Made by a program: the position numbers and the translations under genes
The notes under the pieces: generated by a model
The model's input: only the letters and a program-made list of their open reading frames with translations
Database searches by the model: none
Told to the model about the DNA's origin: nothing
DNA from: Salpingoeca rosetta
Lineage: Eukaryota; Protista; Choanoflagellata
Length of the DNA: 64,000 nt
Direction: 5' to 3'
Assembly: GCA_033442325.1 (NCBI GenBank)
Contig: JAWQFM010000036.1
Location: 466,943-530,942 of the forward strand
Shown: piece after piece, positions 1 to 18,901 of the stretch
How positions within the stretch are numbered: position 1 is the first letter of the stretch
Layout: each line of letters starts with the position of its first letter

Positions 1-562
1 GAGCCATCGTAGACTCTAGTGCATGCTGCATTTGAATGAGTTTTGTTAGTGGTACGTCGGTCTCGTACGAAAGCTATCTCGAGTCGCATGACCCGTACAG
101 TCTTCTCGTCGTATGATGCCGAACGTCAGCTAGGCTTCGAATAGCGTCTGCGTTCTTCTTAGTCTAGTCACGCTTGACCCTGCTTTGAATTATCGTACAG
201 TGATCTCACCAACTATGCTTATTTATTTTTGGTTGCGTTTAGTTTTGTACACTCAGTGATGAGATACCAACACACCACACGCCCAGCCTACTTAGTGATA
301 CACCCCACATGACTCCACGTTTGACGCTGTATTTTTTGTGCTGTTCGTATTTCATTCTTCTTCTATAGTATTGTCATGCTTTTCCATAAAGAGGCCTTTG
401 CTTGTTTGTCCATTATGCTTTTTTCTGTCTCGTTTTCTCGACCTCGTCAAAGTTACGCCTGTAGTTTGCACGCACGACTGTCTACCCCTCTAGCCCTCAC
501 CCCCTGGAGTGCTTTGCTTGGGATGGCGGTGCTTCGTTTTGATGTTGCCATCCACACCCTCA

Positions 563-627
<65 letters not shown>

Positions 628-3600
628 GCACACGCACGCACACGCACACGCACAACACACGCACACACGTTACTTTCGTGTTCCATGACGTTGCTCATGT
701 ATGCGCCATGCGCCATGTGATGGTGTTACAACATCGCACCCATGTTGTTCTGTTACTCCTCCTGCTCTCTGTTGCTGTGTTTCTGTCGGTGCAATGATGT
801 TGTGTTTTGTTGTACTATTCTGGGATGGTTGCCGGGGCGATGATGGCATGCATGGTGATGGCGCATGCTGCTGCACCTTCGCCCTGTACCTGCTCATCTT
901 TGCCTTGTGTCTTCTGTCCTCCCTCCCTTTGCCTTCCTTCCACCACACCACCACCGCCATCATCATCACTTGCCGGATTCGGCATGCATGCATGGAAGCA
1001 TTGCTTGCGTTGCACTTCTGCGTCGAGTCGCGGCTGCAACAAACTTTACCCCCGCACACACGCGCGCACCCCCTTACTCGCTATGTCCGCGCTTCGTGAC
1101 TTTGTTTACTTTGTATGGCTAGTAAGTAGGTTGATGGATGCAGTGCGGCTCTCTCTCTCTCTCTCTTGTTTGATGATTGCGTGCCGCCACTGTTGTTCCG
1201 TGTTTGTGTTGTGTTTTGATCGATCGCAAGCCAACAATAGACCACCACACAAGGAACTGTAACATGACAATCGTCACACACACACACGCACACACACACA
1301 CACACATCCATCATATCGGATCATCATGCTCCTGTCAAGCAAGACATGTTCAACGAGCCACACCAGGCCACAACATCATCATCACCACAGTGCCCCTCGC
1401 ACGCTCGCAAGGGCCGTGTGGTGTTGGTCGAGTCATTTGCATTCAACAACGCTACGCGTGCTCGCGCGCATGCAGGTTTTGAAAAAACGAGCCCACCAAA
1501 CTTTAGATCAGAGGAACGCGCAAGAATCATGTCACATCACATCAAGCGCACCCATAACAAGTGGAGGCAGAGTGACTGGCAAGGGCAAGCCGGAGAGGCT
1601 GCCACACAACCAAATGACCAATGCAGCACCACCTGGGTGAAGGGGCGATGCAGCAGCAAGACAGCAAGGCCCGCGCTTTGCATTACTTCTGCACACGACG
1701 GGCTGCCCTTCTTAAGTTCTTTTGCTTCTTTGTTTGTGTGCTTGCTGTGATTGGTTGTCAGGCTTCTGGAAGCCTCACGACCAAACACGTAGCAATACCG
1801 CGGCGTTACTCCGGTACATCGCATGCCAGCGTGTCAAGGTATCAAAGTAGCACGAGGCGTCACCAACCCAACGCCCCCCACCACTCGCCACTCCGAGCTG
1901 GCAACGTCGAGAAGCAACTAAGCAATTGCTCTTGACCCAAAGAGCAAAGCAACAAAAAGCACACCGAGAAAACCAAAGAAGCAACAGCAAGTGACATGTG
2001 ACGCAACACATTGGAACTTCCCAGAAAAACAACAGCAAGCAAAACACAAACACAAACACAAACACAAACACAAGAAGCAAGCAAGCAAGGAAACCAGGCA
2101 GACAAACACGAGCACAAAACACAGACAGGCCAGAAACAAAAGCGTGGGTTGTGTGGTCAGTCTTGGTTGCGCACGTGCCTGCGTGCAAGCACGCACGCAC
2201 GCGCGCAAGTTGACAGGGAGAGTTGCCTGCGCTGACATTCAGAACATTCCGAAATGGCAAAGGTTTCGAAGTGCACATGCAACGGGTCAAAGGGGCGAAA
2301 GTGTTTAAACGGGACGCGAGTGTTAGCAAATATCTTGGGTAAATATTCTCCCTGCCATGACTGCACGTGTCCGTTGAATTACGTTAGTGTTGCGAATCCG
2401 TCATGACCCAACCTGGAACGGGCCGGAAGTGGGCACCGAATGGCGGTGGCAGAACGGTTGGCTAAACATAACGGCCGCCCCAAAACCTTCGGCCATTGAT
2501 GACGTGAGTGCTGAGAGGCTCAGGCGCATGCAAATCAGAACACAACTCCAGGCATCAAGCAAGCAAGCAAGCAAGTAAGTCAGCAGGCGGGGATTGAGCA
2601 AGCACCCGTGAAGTGGGGGGCAAAAGGTGAGCAAGGAAGACAAGATACGGCAAGCAAAAGCGAAACCTTTGGCACACACCCAGCACAACCACCATCAACC
2701 GCGACAACGCGCCATCAAGATGGTCACTGCGTGGCAACGGAACCCACCACAAAAGCAAAAGGCAGCAGGCAGTGTGTGTGTGTGCTTGGGCAACAGCGCA
2801 GCAAGCCCCACCCGCCTTGCTGTGTTGTTGTTGGGGAGAGGATCGACACCAGGCTGATCGGCCGTTGCTTGCTTGCTTGCTTGCTTGCTCGATTGTCATA
2901 GCCCAAAAGTCGCCAGCTAAGCAAGGTGCGACAAACATGCAGACCTTCGGAGGGTGGTTGGTGGGTGGACATGTGTTTCTTCGAGCGGCGCGCTTGCACC
3001 TTGTCACTACAACACCAATGACTTGCATTGCTCATAACAACAACACCCATTTCCCGTCAACTCCCCTCCAGCCCACATGTGAACACACACACACACACAC
3101 ACGCACACACGCACACACACACACACACACTACCTCACCCCCTCTCTCCCTCTTGTTTGTGAACACGCACCATTTTCCCAGCTCCCCCATCCAATTCACT
3201 CATCAACTGAACTGACTTGACTGACTGCCGTTCACATTTTGTCGCAAATCCAATCCAACCACCGCGCGCGCGCACCGTGTCCAAGAAGTGCAGGTTGTGG
3301 CACCTTTGCCTCCTCCTTGTCTCTTTGTTCACTTCCTCTTCTTGTGCTTTCCTGGCTGTTCTTGTTCTTCCGTTTTTTTTCCCTTGTTGGCGCTTCGTTT
3401 GAGGTTGTGTTTCATTTCACAATACACTTCCCCGCTTCCACGCGCTTGCTTGCCGTCGCTTGCATTGTTGCGTCGTACTGTGTGTTGCTTTCCTCTCCCC
3501 CCGCTTTCCACTTGGTTTCCCGGCTTGTTCATTTCCATCCAACAAGCAAGCCCGCACCGCACGAAAAGGAACCCCCCTTTCCTTGATCATCGGCACCCAC

Positions 3601-4367
3601 AGCCTCAGTTCCAATCTCGTTGCATATCACAAGCCAACCAGCCAACGCGCACACCGCGCCCTTCCACCTCTGCTTCTCCCACCTCCTTTCCTCCACGGTT
3701 GTTCCCAACCCCTTCATTTTCCCCACCCCACCATTTCCTCCTCCCTTTTTCCCCGCTTGGCCTCCCACTCACTGGCTGACCCCTTTGACCAGCCTCCTTC
3801 AACCGCCACCAACCGCACACCAAGCCCCCTTCGCCCGCCCTCAACCACCAGGAGCACCCAAGCCAACCTTCGTGGGTCTCACACGCAAGTTCCGCACCCA
3901 CGGCAACCAACGACCACAGCACCTCAGTGCCAGCCAGTGCCACCGCACTCCAGCAATCAATCAACTCATCCACTTTCCACGCACCAGCCCGCCGACGTCA
4001 GGCTTGCACACCGCAACCTCTGGACATCACCGCACGCCATCCCCACACTTCTACACACCATCAAAGCAGCCAACGTTGCAGCTAAACACCAACCCGTGCC
4101 CTACCTCCCCTTCCCGAAAGTCGCAGCCTCCCTCCTCTTCCACACACACACCCTTCACACACACACACACATACACACACGCGCGCCTGCCTGCCAGCCT
4201 TTCATCTGATCCATTTTTGTTCCTCCCATCGAACTGTCAGTTGTTGTTCTTCTCTGCCACCTTTGGTTCGACTTCCTTCCGCCGCCTCCCCCCTCCCCTC
4301 CCCGATCTTTGTTTGTTCCTCTTCCACAAGGCACCGCGTGGCGCACGTCCATCACACTTGACGTAGA

Positions 4368-5558
4368 ATGCGCCCCGTCACCATCATGCGTACCCACCCC
4401 ACCAACAACGCTGACACAGCGCCGTCGTCCTTGGCCTTTCAGCAAACCCAGTGCCTCCCTGATCCGCACAGCACCACCAGCACCAGCACCAGCACCAGCA
4501 TGGACGCAGCAGCAGAGGAGGTCGCACCGAGCGGCGAGCAGTCATTGCTGACCACATCGACGACGACTTCCACATCAACGACGACGGCAGCCACCAATGC
4601 CACGACAACGAACGCAACACCGTCATCATCAACGACGACGACAACAGCGCCGGCGGACCCTGTTGAATCCCCGACGCCAGACTCGTTTGCATATGCATAT
4701 GGGATTGACATCACCGACGCAAACTTGGCCACAGGCATCCTATGGGCGTTTCTTCTCGACTCGCGCCTCTTTGAGCAAACTATGGACGACGACGACGGCG
4801 ATGACCAGTACCGCCACGTTGATGATCGCGATGATCAAGAGCAACACCACCAACGCATGCAGCCGCAGCACGGCCATGAGCAAGGAAGCGCCTTTGGGTT
4901 TGTCAACGCGCCAGCATCGCCATCATCACCCGCAGCGTCGTCCTGGCAGCAACACGTCATGGAGCACCTGCCCCAGCTGATGAGCGTGCTCATCATGTGC
5001 CTTTCCGCACAGCTCGAGCAGCAGGAGCAGGAAGCGCGGCCCCTGCAAGCTACAACATCGCCAACCGCCGCAATGACTTGCGGTGAAGTCACGCCACCGC
5101 CAGCACACCCGCAACAGCAGGCGCAATCACCATCATCACCATCACGCGCAAGCAATGACATGGACTGTTCTGATGACGGCAACGTCAACGAGGAGCAAAT
5201 GCAGCAGCCCGTGCATGCAGGCATTGCTTCTCCCTTTGCCACGGCATCACTGGCCCGCTACGCCGCAATGCAGCGCCAGCTTGAAGTGTGCGCGCAGTGC
5301 CTGCAGTGTGGAAGCTTTGAGAGCCTCCTTGAACGTTTCTCGGAGGTCTACCCGGCCTTCCCCTTCCTCTGCCGTGGCCCGCGACCCGCCACAATTGGAC
5401 CCCACATTCCCATCATTGAGGTCTCGCCAACGCAGCCCATCCAGCCATGGCAGTTCTCCCCGTCCATTGGCCGGCAAGCAGCCCTCATTGCTTATCTCGG
5501 TGCCGAGCTCAACCTTTGGCCCGTCGCACCGGCACAACCACCATCGCCCCTGCCATGA
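4368..5558 (+). CDS. Hypothetical single-exon protein (~350-396 aa) with Thr-, Gln/Pro- and Asp-rich low-complexity segments; start could be 4368, 4386 or 4500
   Basis: Long stop-free ORF without dinucleotide microsatellites, flanked by UTR-like sequence; ordered-looking segments (ATGILWAFLLDSRLFEQ; LARYAAMQRQLEVCAQCLQCGSFESLLERF). No family recognised. Confidence 0.6.
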   Translation: MRPVTIMRTHPTNNADTAPSSLAFQQTQCLPDPHSTTSTSTSTSMDAAAEEVAPSGEQSLLTTSTTTSTSTTTAATNATTTNATPSSSTTTTTAPADPVESPTPDSFAYAYGIDITDANLATGILWAFLLDSRLFEQTMDDDDGDDQYRHVDDRDDQEQHHQRMQPQHGHEQGSAFGFVNAPASPSSPAASSWQQHVMEHLPQLMSVLIMCLSAQLEQQEQEARPLQATTSPTAAMTCGEVTPPPAHPQQQAQSPSSPSRASNDMDCSDDGNVNEEQMQQPVHAGIASPFATASLARYAAMQRQLEVCAQCLQCGSFESLLERFSEVYPAFPFLCRGPRPATIGPHIPIIEVSPTQPIQPWQFSPSIGRQAALIAYLGAELNLWPVAPAQPPSPLP

Positions 5559-7891
5559 ATGAATGAATGCCACATTCGCATGCGTGGGTGGGGCTGATGG
5601 ATGCTCGAAGCGAGCTTGCAAGCAAGCGAGGGTGCATTTGTGTGCGTGGTTGCAATGAATCCGTGTTGAGGTTGTGTGCGTGGCTGGCGACCACCAACCT
5701 CTCGTGTTCACAACACCACCGCCTTTTCTCCCCCTCTGCGCAACTCGCTTCATTCGCATTAACCGTTCTCATCTCCTCTCCTGCAACACATTCGTGTATC
5801 AAATCAAGTAGCTTCCATACGTGTGATGTGTGCGCACGATCTCTGTCGAAGTTGTGCCTTCCCTTTTTAGTTTCCTTCCTCCCTTTCCCCCTCATCGATC
5901 CACTAGCACTTTGGCCCTCAGTTATACACACACACACGCTGTTTTTAGTTGATGACACCCCTCGCCTCTTGTTTACCTTTCCATGCTGGCGCAACTTCCA
6001 GCCCCTCCTTGCCTGCAAGCACCGATGCGAACGTACGGTCGCTTTGTTACGCACTACTGTTACACACAATCGCCCTTGGTTACTTTCCACACAGTCATCC
6101 CGTGTGACTGTCCTTTTTCTGCCATCCCAAACCGGATGCACTAGGCCACGCTGTCAAAGACCACTCACTGCTCTCCTTTTGCTTGTCAACTTTGCTCTTG
6201 GTGTTGTTGTTGTTGTTGTTGTTGTTGTGGTGGTGGTGGTGGTGGCGGTGCTTCTCCATTGCATCGTCGTGATGCGACATGATGCTGGTGGTTGCTCGTG
6301 GTTGCTCCTGGTGGCCACATTGCAATGCCCACTTCCAACATGTCCCCTACAACCGACACTATCGTCTCCACCAAACACACACTCGCTCTCTCTCATACAT
6401 TTCTTTTGTTTTTTCCTTGCTTGGTGTGGTTTGGCAACCTCCTTGCGCCCCTTGATGGTTGTTCAATTTGTTCATGCAAACGCCACGGTGTTTCGCATTC
6501 CCCACGTGGTGTTGTCGCATTCCCCACTTTCTTTCTGTTCTTCTTTTTTTCCTTTCTTCATGTGGCCTACACGTGTGCTCTCCTTCACACACTTCCTACA
6601 CCGACCCTTGTTGTTGTTGTCGTACGCTTGCTCTGCTGTTTCTCCCAACAGCAAGCACGTGTACCTTTGACCGTCATTTGAACCGCTTCCCTGCTGCACG
6701 GCGTGCATGATTGCGCGTCGCACGTGTGCCTGATACCTACCTATTCATGAGTGGATGTGTTCTCCATACGCCAACCGATGATGTTGTTCGCTGTTGCGAT
6801 TCTGTTTTTGTTGTTACCTTGATGGTTGGACTGCCGCTGTTGGGTGTTGCTTTCCACTGGCGTCCCTCGAACAACTGTGTTGTTTCTGTTGTTGAACCGT
6901 TGCCAGCCTTGTTGATGGGCTTGGCTTGGCTCCGTGTTTGGTGCGACGTGCCATCACATGCCTCATTTGTTGCTCTGGTAGCTTTTTTCGTTCGTTCCCA
7001 TCACCCGCATTTGCTGCATTGCAGCCTCGTGTGTCGTTCTATTCCTTTTGTAGATTCGTGTTGCCTTTCCACACCCGCGACCACTCAATCGATCAACCAA
7101 CCAACCAACCACCCACCATCTCCGCCACCCACAACATGCTCTTGTGCACTTGCACGGTTTTGTTGTTCTGTTCGTGCTTGCATGCACTGCGCTACGCTCC
7201 AAAAGGAGAAAGTGTCCGCCATCCGCTCTCCACCAACACTTGCTGTTACCACGCCCCTTTGCGCTGTTTCCATGGTGGCCGATTAAAGCGTTGTTCTCAG
7301 TGACTGTTGATTCCCGTGACACTGTTGTGTCAATGCAATGAGTTGATGTGAGTCAGCCGGCATCAGCGCAGGCACAAACGTGTTGGGGGCTGTGCCTTTG
7401 ACGCGTGTGTGTGGCACGTGTACCTCCCCTGCTGCTCGTCGCTGGTCTCTCATGTCGTCCAAGTACACCAAACACAACAGCCATTCATTTGGTGGGACGA
7501 GGAGGTAGGCGGTCGTGGTCGTGACTGTGTGTTCGCATGAGCGTAAGGGTGAGAAACGTTCGTTTACTCGAGGCATGACTGCGTTCGGGCCCCCGTGAAC
7601 AGAATGCACATGTAACAGGCAACAGGGTGACGACGAGGAAGAGGTGAAAGAAAGCGCAGGTAATGGCGGTAATACTGCAAACAGGGGGAGGGGCACACGA
7701 ACGTCGTGACTTGTGACTGTGTTGTGACGTCCAACAAGCACCGGGCAAAGCAACTGTCACACACACGCACGCACACACACACACACACACATGGACACAT
7801 GCGCACACACATGCACACATGCACGCACACTCGCATGCACGCACACACACACACACACACACTCGCATGCACGCACACACACACACACTTG

Positions 7892-8197
7892 TCACGTGCG
7901 TTTGAGCCAGTTGACAATGCGACCTGTGAGGCCAGTCAGCAGCCCCTCCACAGCAACGTCTGCGCACATCTGCTGGAGACCAACACCGAAGCTCGGGTAA
8001 TTGTGCATGGCTTTACCAAGGTCGGGAACCTGAAGGAGAGGGAGGGGTGAGGAAGGGATTGGGGCGGGGTTGTCGTAAGTAAAGAAAGTGGGGCGTGAGG
8101 GGGATGAGGGATATAAGCAAAACCGCATACACATCAGCACACAAAACGCTGCAACCATACGCATGGACGCTCGCGCGCGCACACACATACACACACA

Positions 8198-8264
<67 letters not shown>

Positions 8265-9513
8265 ATGCACAACCTTGATGTCGTTGGCCATGCAGAGTGC
8301 AATTTCGTTCACGAGTTCTCCTGCGCGCTGGCACACGAAGCACGCGCCGCGCAGCTGTTGAGACACGGTGGTGGAGGAACGCGTGGTGATGAGGGACATT
8401 GAGCTCAAGATCACAGTTGCACACATACACACATACACACACGCAAACACACAAACACACACTTACACACGAAAGCCTACACACATACACACACATATAC
8501 ATACATACACATATACACACACAAGCATGAACACTCACGCAACTGCACGTTGGCACGTTACACCTTGTTGTCCGGCGTGAACATGATTTTGTAAAACCCA
8601 GCCGTCTCCTCGCCTTCAGTGACAGCTCTGTCAATCTGTCATCGTGGCGACATTGTGCGTGTGCGTGTGCGCGTGTGTGTGAGCGCTGATGACGACAAAC
8701 CGCGCACGTTTGCTTGCATGCAAGCATGAACAACACGTCCGCGTTGGCTGTTGGTATGTTACCTTACTGAGAGGCCATTTGAACACGCGCCCTTTGGCTG
8801 AATGAGCGCACATGCACGCATGGGGGGGGGAGTTGGGGGAAGAGAACATGCAATGCTTTGTGAGAAATGTGTATTCATACGTATGCATGTTAGTGTACGT
8901 GTATGTACGTGTGTGCACGTGTGTACGTGTATGTACGTGTGTGCACGTGTGTGCACGTGTATGTACGTGTGTGTACGTGCATGTACGTGTGTGCACGTGT
9001 ATGTACGTGTGTGCACGTGTGTGTACGTGTATGTACGTGTGTGCACGTGTATGTACGTGTGTGTACGTGTATGCACGTGTGTGCACGTGTATGTACGTGT
9101 GTGTGTGCACGTGTGTGCTGATTCCTCACCAACACATCTCCCACTACCACCGCGGTCACCACAGTCACCATTCGCACGCCGCCCACCTCCGTATGTGTCG
9201 GTGAATTCCTTCTCCGTCATCCCCACGGAAGCAACCTCGGGGTCAGTGAAGGTGCACCTAAACCAGAGGCAGTGAGATGGAATTGAAACACATGCGGCGG
9301 CGTGTCAACTGCAGGTCGATTCTTCGTTTCTCTAGATGCAGGCGCGCTTGACCCGTGAGCATGTGCAAACATAGCACGAGTAAACGTACACACACACACT
9401 TACACTCACAAGCACAGTGGAGTGCTATTCGCGTGCACCACCGCCACCGCCACCACCACCACCATCACCACCACCATCACCAGCATCACCAGCATCATCA
9501 TCATCATCACCAG

Positions 9514-9598
<85 letters not shown>

Positions 9599-9737
9599 GC
9601 CACTGCTGCCTGTACCGTGGCACGATGTGTGACTTCCCCCGGGAGTGGGATGGCAGGATGAAGTTTCGCACGGCCATAAACGCCTGCCAGCCCGCGTAGT
9701 GCGTGAACTGCTCCGAACCAGCACAGTCCCCTTCGTA

Positions 9738-9788
<51 letters not shown>

Positions 9789-10180
9789 GCGGTTGAGGTA
9801 CACGACACGGACAGTGCATGCACGAAAATACAGATGAAGAAACAAATGCAACTGCAGGCCACGAGAGACGGACCCACATACAAACACACCTGCTGCGTAG
9901 ATGTGCTTGCGCGATGTCTGCAGGTACTGATTGGTGTCAATTCCATCCGCACTAAATTCCACGCGCGCAGCAGGGAGATTGAGCGACTCAACAACGGGCG
10001 CCCTGCAGGCCGTGCGAATGATATATGTGTGCGCACATGCGTGCGTGAGTGTGTGTATATGTGCGTGTGAGTGAATGTGTGTGTGTGTGTGAGTGAATGA
10101 GTGTGTGAGAGTGTGTGTATGCATGGGTGTGTGTGTGCATGGGGGGGGGGTGTGCATGGGTGTATGCACATAGGTGCGTG

Positions 10181-10229
<49 letters not shown>

Positions 10230-11847
10230 CTGAGTGAGTGTAACTCACAACAGTTGTTGCTGAGGAGGGTGATGTGACTTCAGGCATTCATGGCCGAACA
10301 CATAAAGTGCGCAAATAAGCAGCACACAATCCACGTTCCATACACCCCGTGACATGAAACACACGACCGCAGACTGTAGACTTGCCTTCCTGCGGCGACG
10401 AGAAGCGAGTCAACAACAATCTCACTGCCATCATCGGCCGTCACCTGTCATCACCGAGTGCGCGCAAGCGGTGGAATGAAGACAGTTGGAGACGCAATGT
10501 TTGGTGGGTGGTGAGGCGATGTGTGGAATGCATGTGCGTGTGTACACGCACAGTGACAACTGCATACAAACACACACATACGTACTATCACCACTATCAC
10601 CACCACGTACTCGCATGCTCTCACATGTAAAACACACACGTGCATGCATGCACGCCCACATGTACACACTTTGATCTGCCCTGATTCGGTGTTCTCCACC
10701 TTTGACACGTGCGCGGAGATGTGCTCGATGCCTTCCTCTGCAAACACCTACAAGGGGCGAACGGATGCACGCACACACACGCATGTAATCAAACACAGGA
10801 ATGAATGAATATATGCACACACGGACGCAAGCACAAACAAACAAACAAATACGCCCACACGCGCGTGCTTGTGAACGTATCAACGAGTGGAGAATTGCAT
10901 CGTGCATGCAAGAACTCACGCCAGGGAAAACACAAGAAAACACACACATACACACACACGCACACACGCACACACGCACACACACGCACACTTACACGCA
11001 CACACACATACACACACACAACTTTGCGACGCCAAGCACATCAACGAAACCAACAACTACCAGCGCATACCAACGGACCCGAGCCATGACAGCGCGTGCA
11101 TCATCATCCTCTTTTGCCAGAATCCGACGAGACAGAATGGTGACACGCGACCCAAAGCGAGCAAACGCCTGTCCCAGCTCACACCCAATTGGGCCCCCAC
11201 CTGCGGCGCGCGCGTGTGTGTGTGGGTGTGTGTGCGGGTGGGTGTGGTTGGTGCAGGGGGAGGGGGTTTTAAGAATTGTAGGTTCATTGCAAGACACACG
11301 CACACGGGTACACGCAACACACACACACATGCACGCCCACATGCGCACCGATGACGAGGAGGGATGGTGGCAGCTCTGTCACGTTGAAAATGGTCTCATA
11401 TGTGTGGAAGTCCACTCCCTGATGGTGAACAAAGAACGACACGCAAACGCAAGCGCAAACACAAACGCACACATACAGACGCATGTGTGATCACGTAAAC
11501 GGGAGGACATGAGGAGAGGGCGGAACGGTGATATACACCACATACACGCACACACATACACGCACACGCATACACGCACATGACACACAAGTGCGCATGA
11601 CCCGCGCCTGCGACGTACGCTCTCTGCAATGACGGGGGGAACAGAGGGCCGAGCACCCGTGCATACGACGAACCGATCGCCACGGATGACAACATCGCCA
11701 GCACCGTCTTGCATGTGTGTATTGGGGGGAGAGAGAGTGAGTGTAGGTGTGTGAGTCTTGACAGGCCAGTCCAGTGAGCACATGGAAACGGCGGGAGTAT
11801 GTGCTGAGAGTCACACATATGTGGAGTATCACAGACGCGCGCACGCA

Positions 11848-11904
<57 letters not shown>

Positions 11905-12603
11905 GCACGCACGCACACGCACACTCACGCACACACATACACACAGACACACACACACACACGCAACTTGCATACCACTGCTGTGAATGCGGAGTTGGTG
12001 GTCATCAATAAACTCGGCCTTGCCCATGAACACGCGCACGCCACGCTTCTCCCACACCTCTGGGCTCTCCTGCTCATACACCTGGTGATACGTGTGGATG
12101 TGCATGCGTGCGTGTGTGGTTGTGAACGTTGGTGATGTGGGTCGGGTGTCTTGCAAAAGAAAAGCGTCACACACATGCGTTGAAGGCGTAATCACGTCAC
12201 AGAGAACATGCAACATACGCAACGCACGCAACATAACAACACAGACGTACGTACTTTGTTGATGATGGCGTGCACGCGGTCGTGCACTTGCTTCATGTCA
12301 GCCTTTACGCTTGCAGGGTCAGGCACGCCCTCGATGCCATAGTCTGCGGCGTGGCGGACCGTGTGTGCCACTTTCGCCACCTTGATCAGTGCCTTGCTGG
12401 GCACGCACCCTGACAACAATCACCACCACCACCACCACCACCACCACACGCAAGTCAGTAAGACGGGACAACGTTTTTTGCATGTGTGTGCGTGTGTGTG
12501 AATATGCGTGTGCATGTATGAATATGCGTGTGTGTGCATATGTGTGTGCGCGCGTGTGTATGAATATATGTGTGTATAAATATGCGTGTGCGTGTGTGAG
12601 AGA

Positions 12604-12638
<35 letters not shown>

Positions 12639-13036
12639 AGACTGTGTGTATGTGTGCGTGTGTGTGTTTAGGTCCATGCAAGTAAGCACTGCTGCAAGAT
12701 TGCATGGGCGCTGTGAGCAACAGATGATACCTGTCCATGTGCAATCGCCTCCAAGGCGGTTTGCCTCCACCAGGGCCGTCTTAGCGCCAAGGTGCGCAGC
12801 AAAGTCTGCCATTGTGAAAGGCAACAAACAGCAAGAACGATACGGTGCGTCAGCACAACGACGTGCCGTGTGGCATGACACCAAGCGTCGGTGGGTAGAT
12901 GATGCCACCGCAACATGTCGTGACAACACGACAGCCTGACACCAACAGCAACAGTTGGGGCTGCACCTGCGGCTGTGAGGCCTCCAGAGCCAGCACCGAT
13001 GATGACAACCGAGAACTCTTCCACAGGCTCTTCCAT
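7892..13036 (-). CDS. Class I pyridine nucleotide-disulfide oxidoreductase (mercuric reductase/dihydrolipoamide dehydrogenase-like), about 16 exons
   Basis: Spliced in phase: [10 protein letters not shown] (FAD binding), [14 protein letters not shown] (redox disulfide), [29 protein letters not shown] (NAD(P)H binding), [32 protein letters not shown]; stop at 7892. Confidence 0.93.
8878..9117. repeat. ~10-bp-period alternating purine-pyrimidine minisatellite (TGTACGTGTA / TGCACGTGTG units), intronic
   Basis: Read directly from the sequence. Confidence 0.85.
10003..10385 (-). other. GC-AG intron in the oxidoreductase gene
   Basis: Donor AG|GCAAGT joined to acceptor TGCAG|G restores the conserved [16 protein letters not shown]. 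Confidence 0.8.
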
Positions 13037-13227
13037 CTTTGGCTTTTGCAGCTTTGGTTGGTGGCGGTGGGGGGGGGGGGAGGGTGTTTACGTTAGCTGT
13101 GCGCAGTGTTGTGTTGTGAAATGATGATATTCCATAGTCCTTCCTGACTGCCATTCACCATCTTGTGCAATTATTTGTTTCGTCGTGCTGTGTGTGTGTG
13201 TGTGTGTTGTGTGTGTGTGTGTGTGTG

Positions 13228-13289
<62 letters not shown>

Positions 13290-13395
13290 GTGTGTGTGTA
13301 TGTGTGTGTGTGTTTCTGACTGTGTGTCTTTGCCTGTTTGCCTTTGCCTGTTAGCCATCCTGAGGTGAGCATCTGTCAGCGTTGCTGTATGAAGT

Positions 13396-13436
<41 letters not shown>

Positions 13437-13775
13437 ACATACACACACACATACACCGAGCCAACTCATCACACTGACAGATGCAAACGCCACCATGACC
13501 AGCAATGCCAGAGCATGTCGAGAACAACGGAACATGATGGAACATCACACACGTGTGCACCCAACATTAAACACCACGAGGAGCAAGCATTCGCACCGTT
13601 AAGTGTGCATATGGCCCCACATACACTCCAAGCACGTGTGGACGCAAGAAAAAGACGCACGCAAGGAAACGCCCGCACAAGGCAGTCAGCAGCCACCACA
13701 CATGCACACACACACACACGCACACACAAGTAACAAAGGCGGCATGAGAATCAGCGCCCGGAGCGCTGGGCGACA

Positions 13776-18901
<5,126 letters not shown>

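Noticed and set aside
1-500. Composition unlike the rest of the window; possible foreign or mobile DNA
   Set aside because: No ORF or terminal repeats; resembles low-quality read-end sequence.
2240-2530. Repeat-free island with CCGGAAGTG (ETS-like) and TGACGT (CRE-like) motifs, flanked by (AAGC)n
   Set aside because: Short motifs occur by chance, there is no TSS evidence, and ETS factors are considered animal-specific.
5567-6670. 367-aa ORF following the orphan gene
   Set aside because: Looks like a pyrimidine-rich 3' UTR; the translation is not protein-like.
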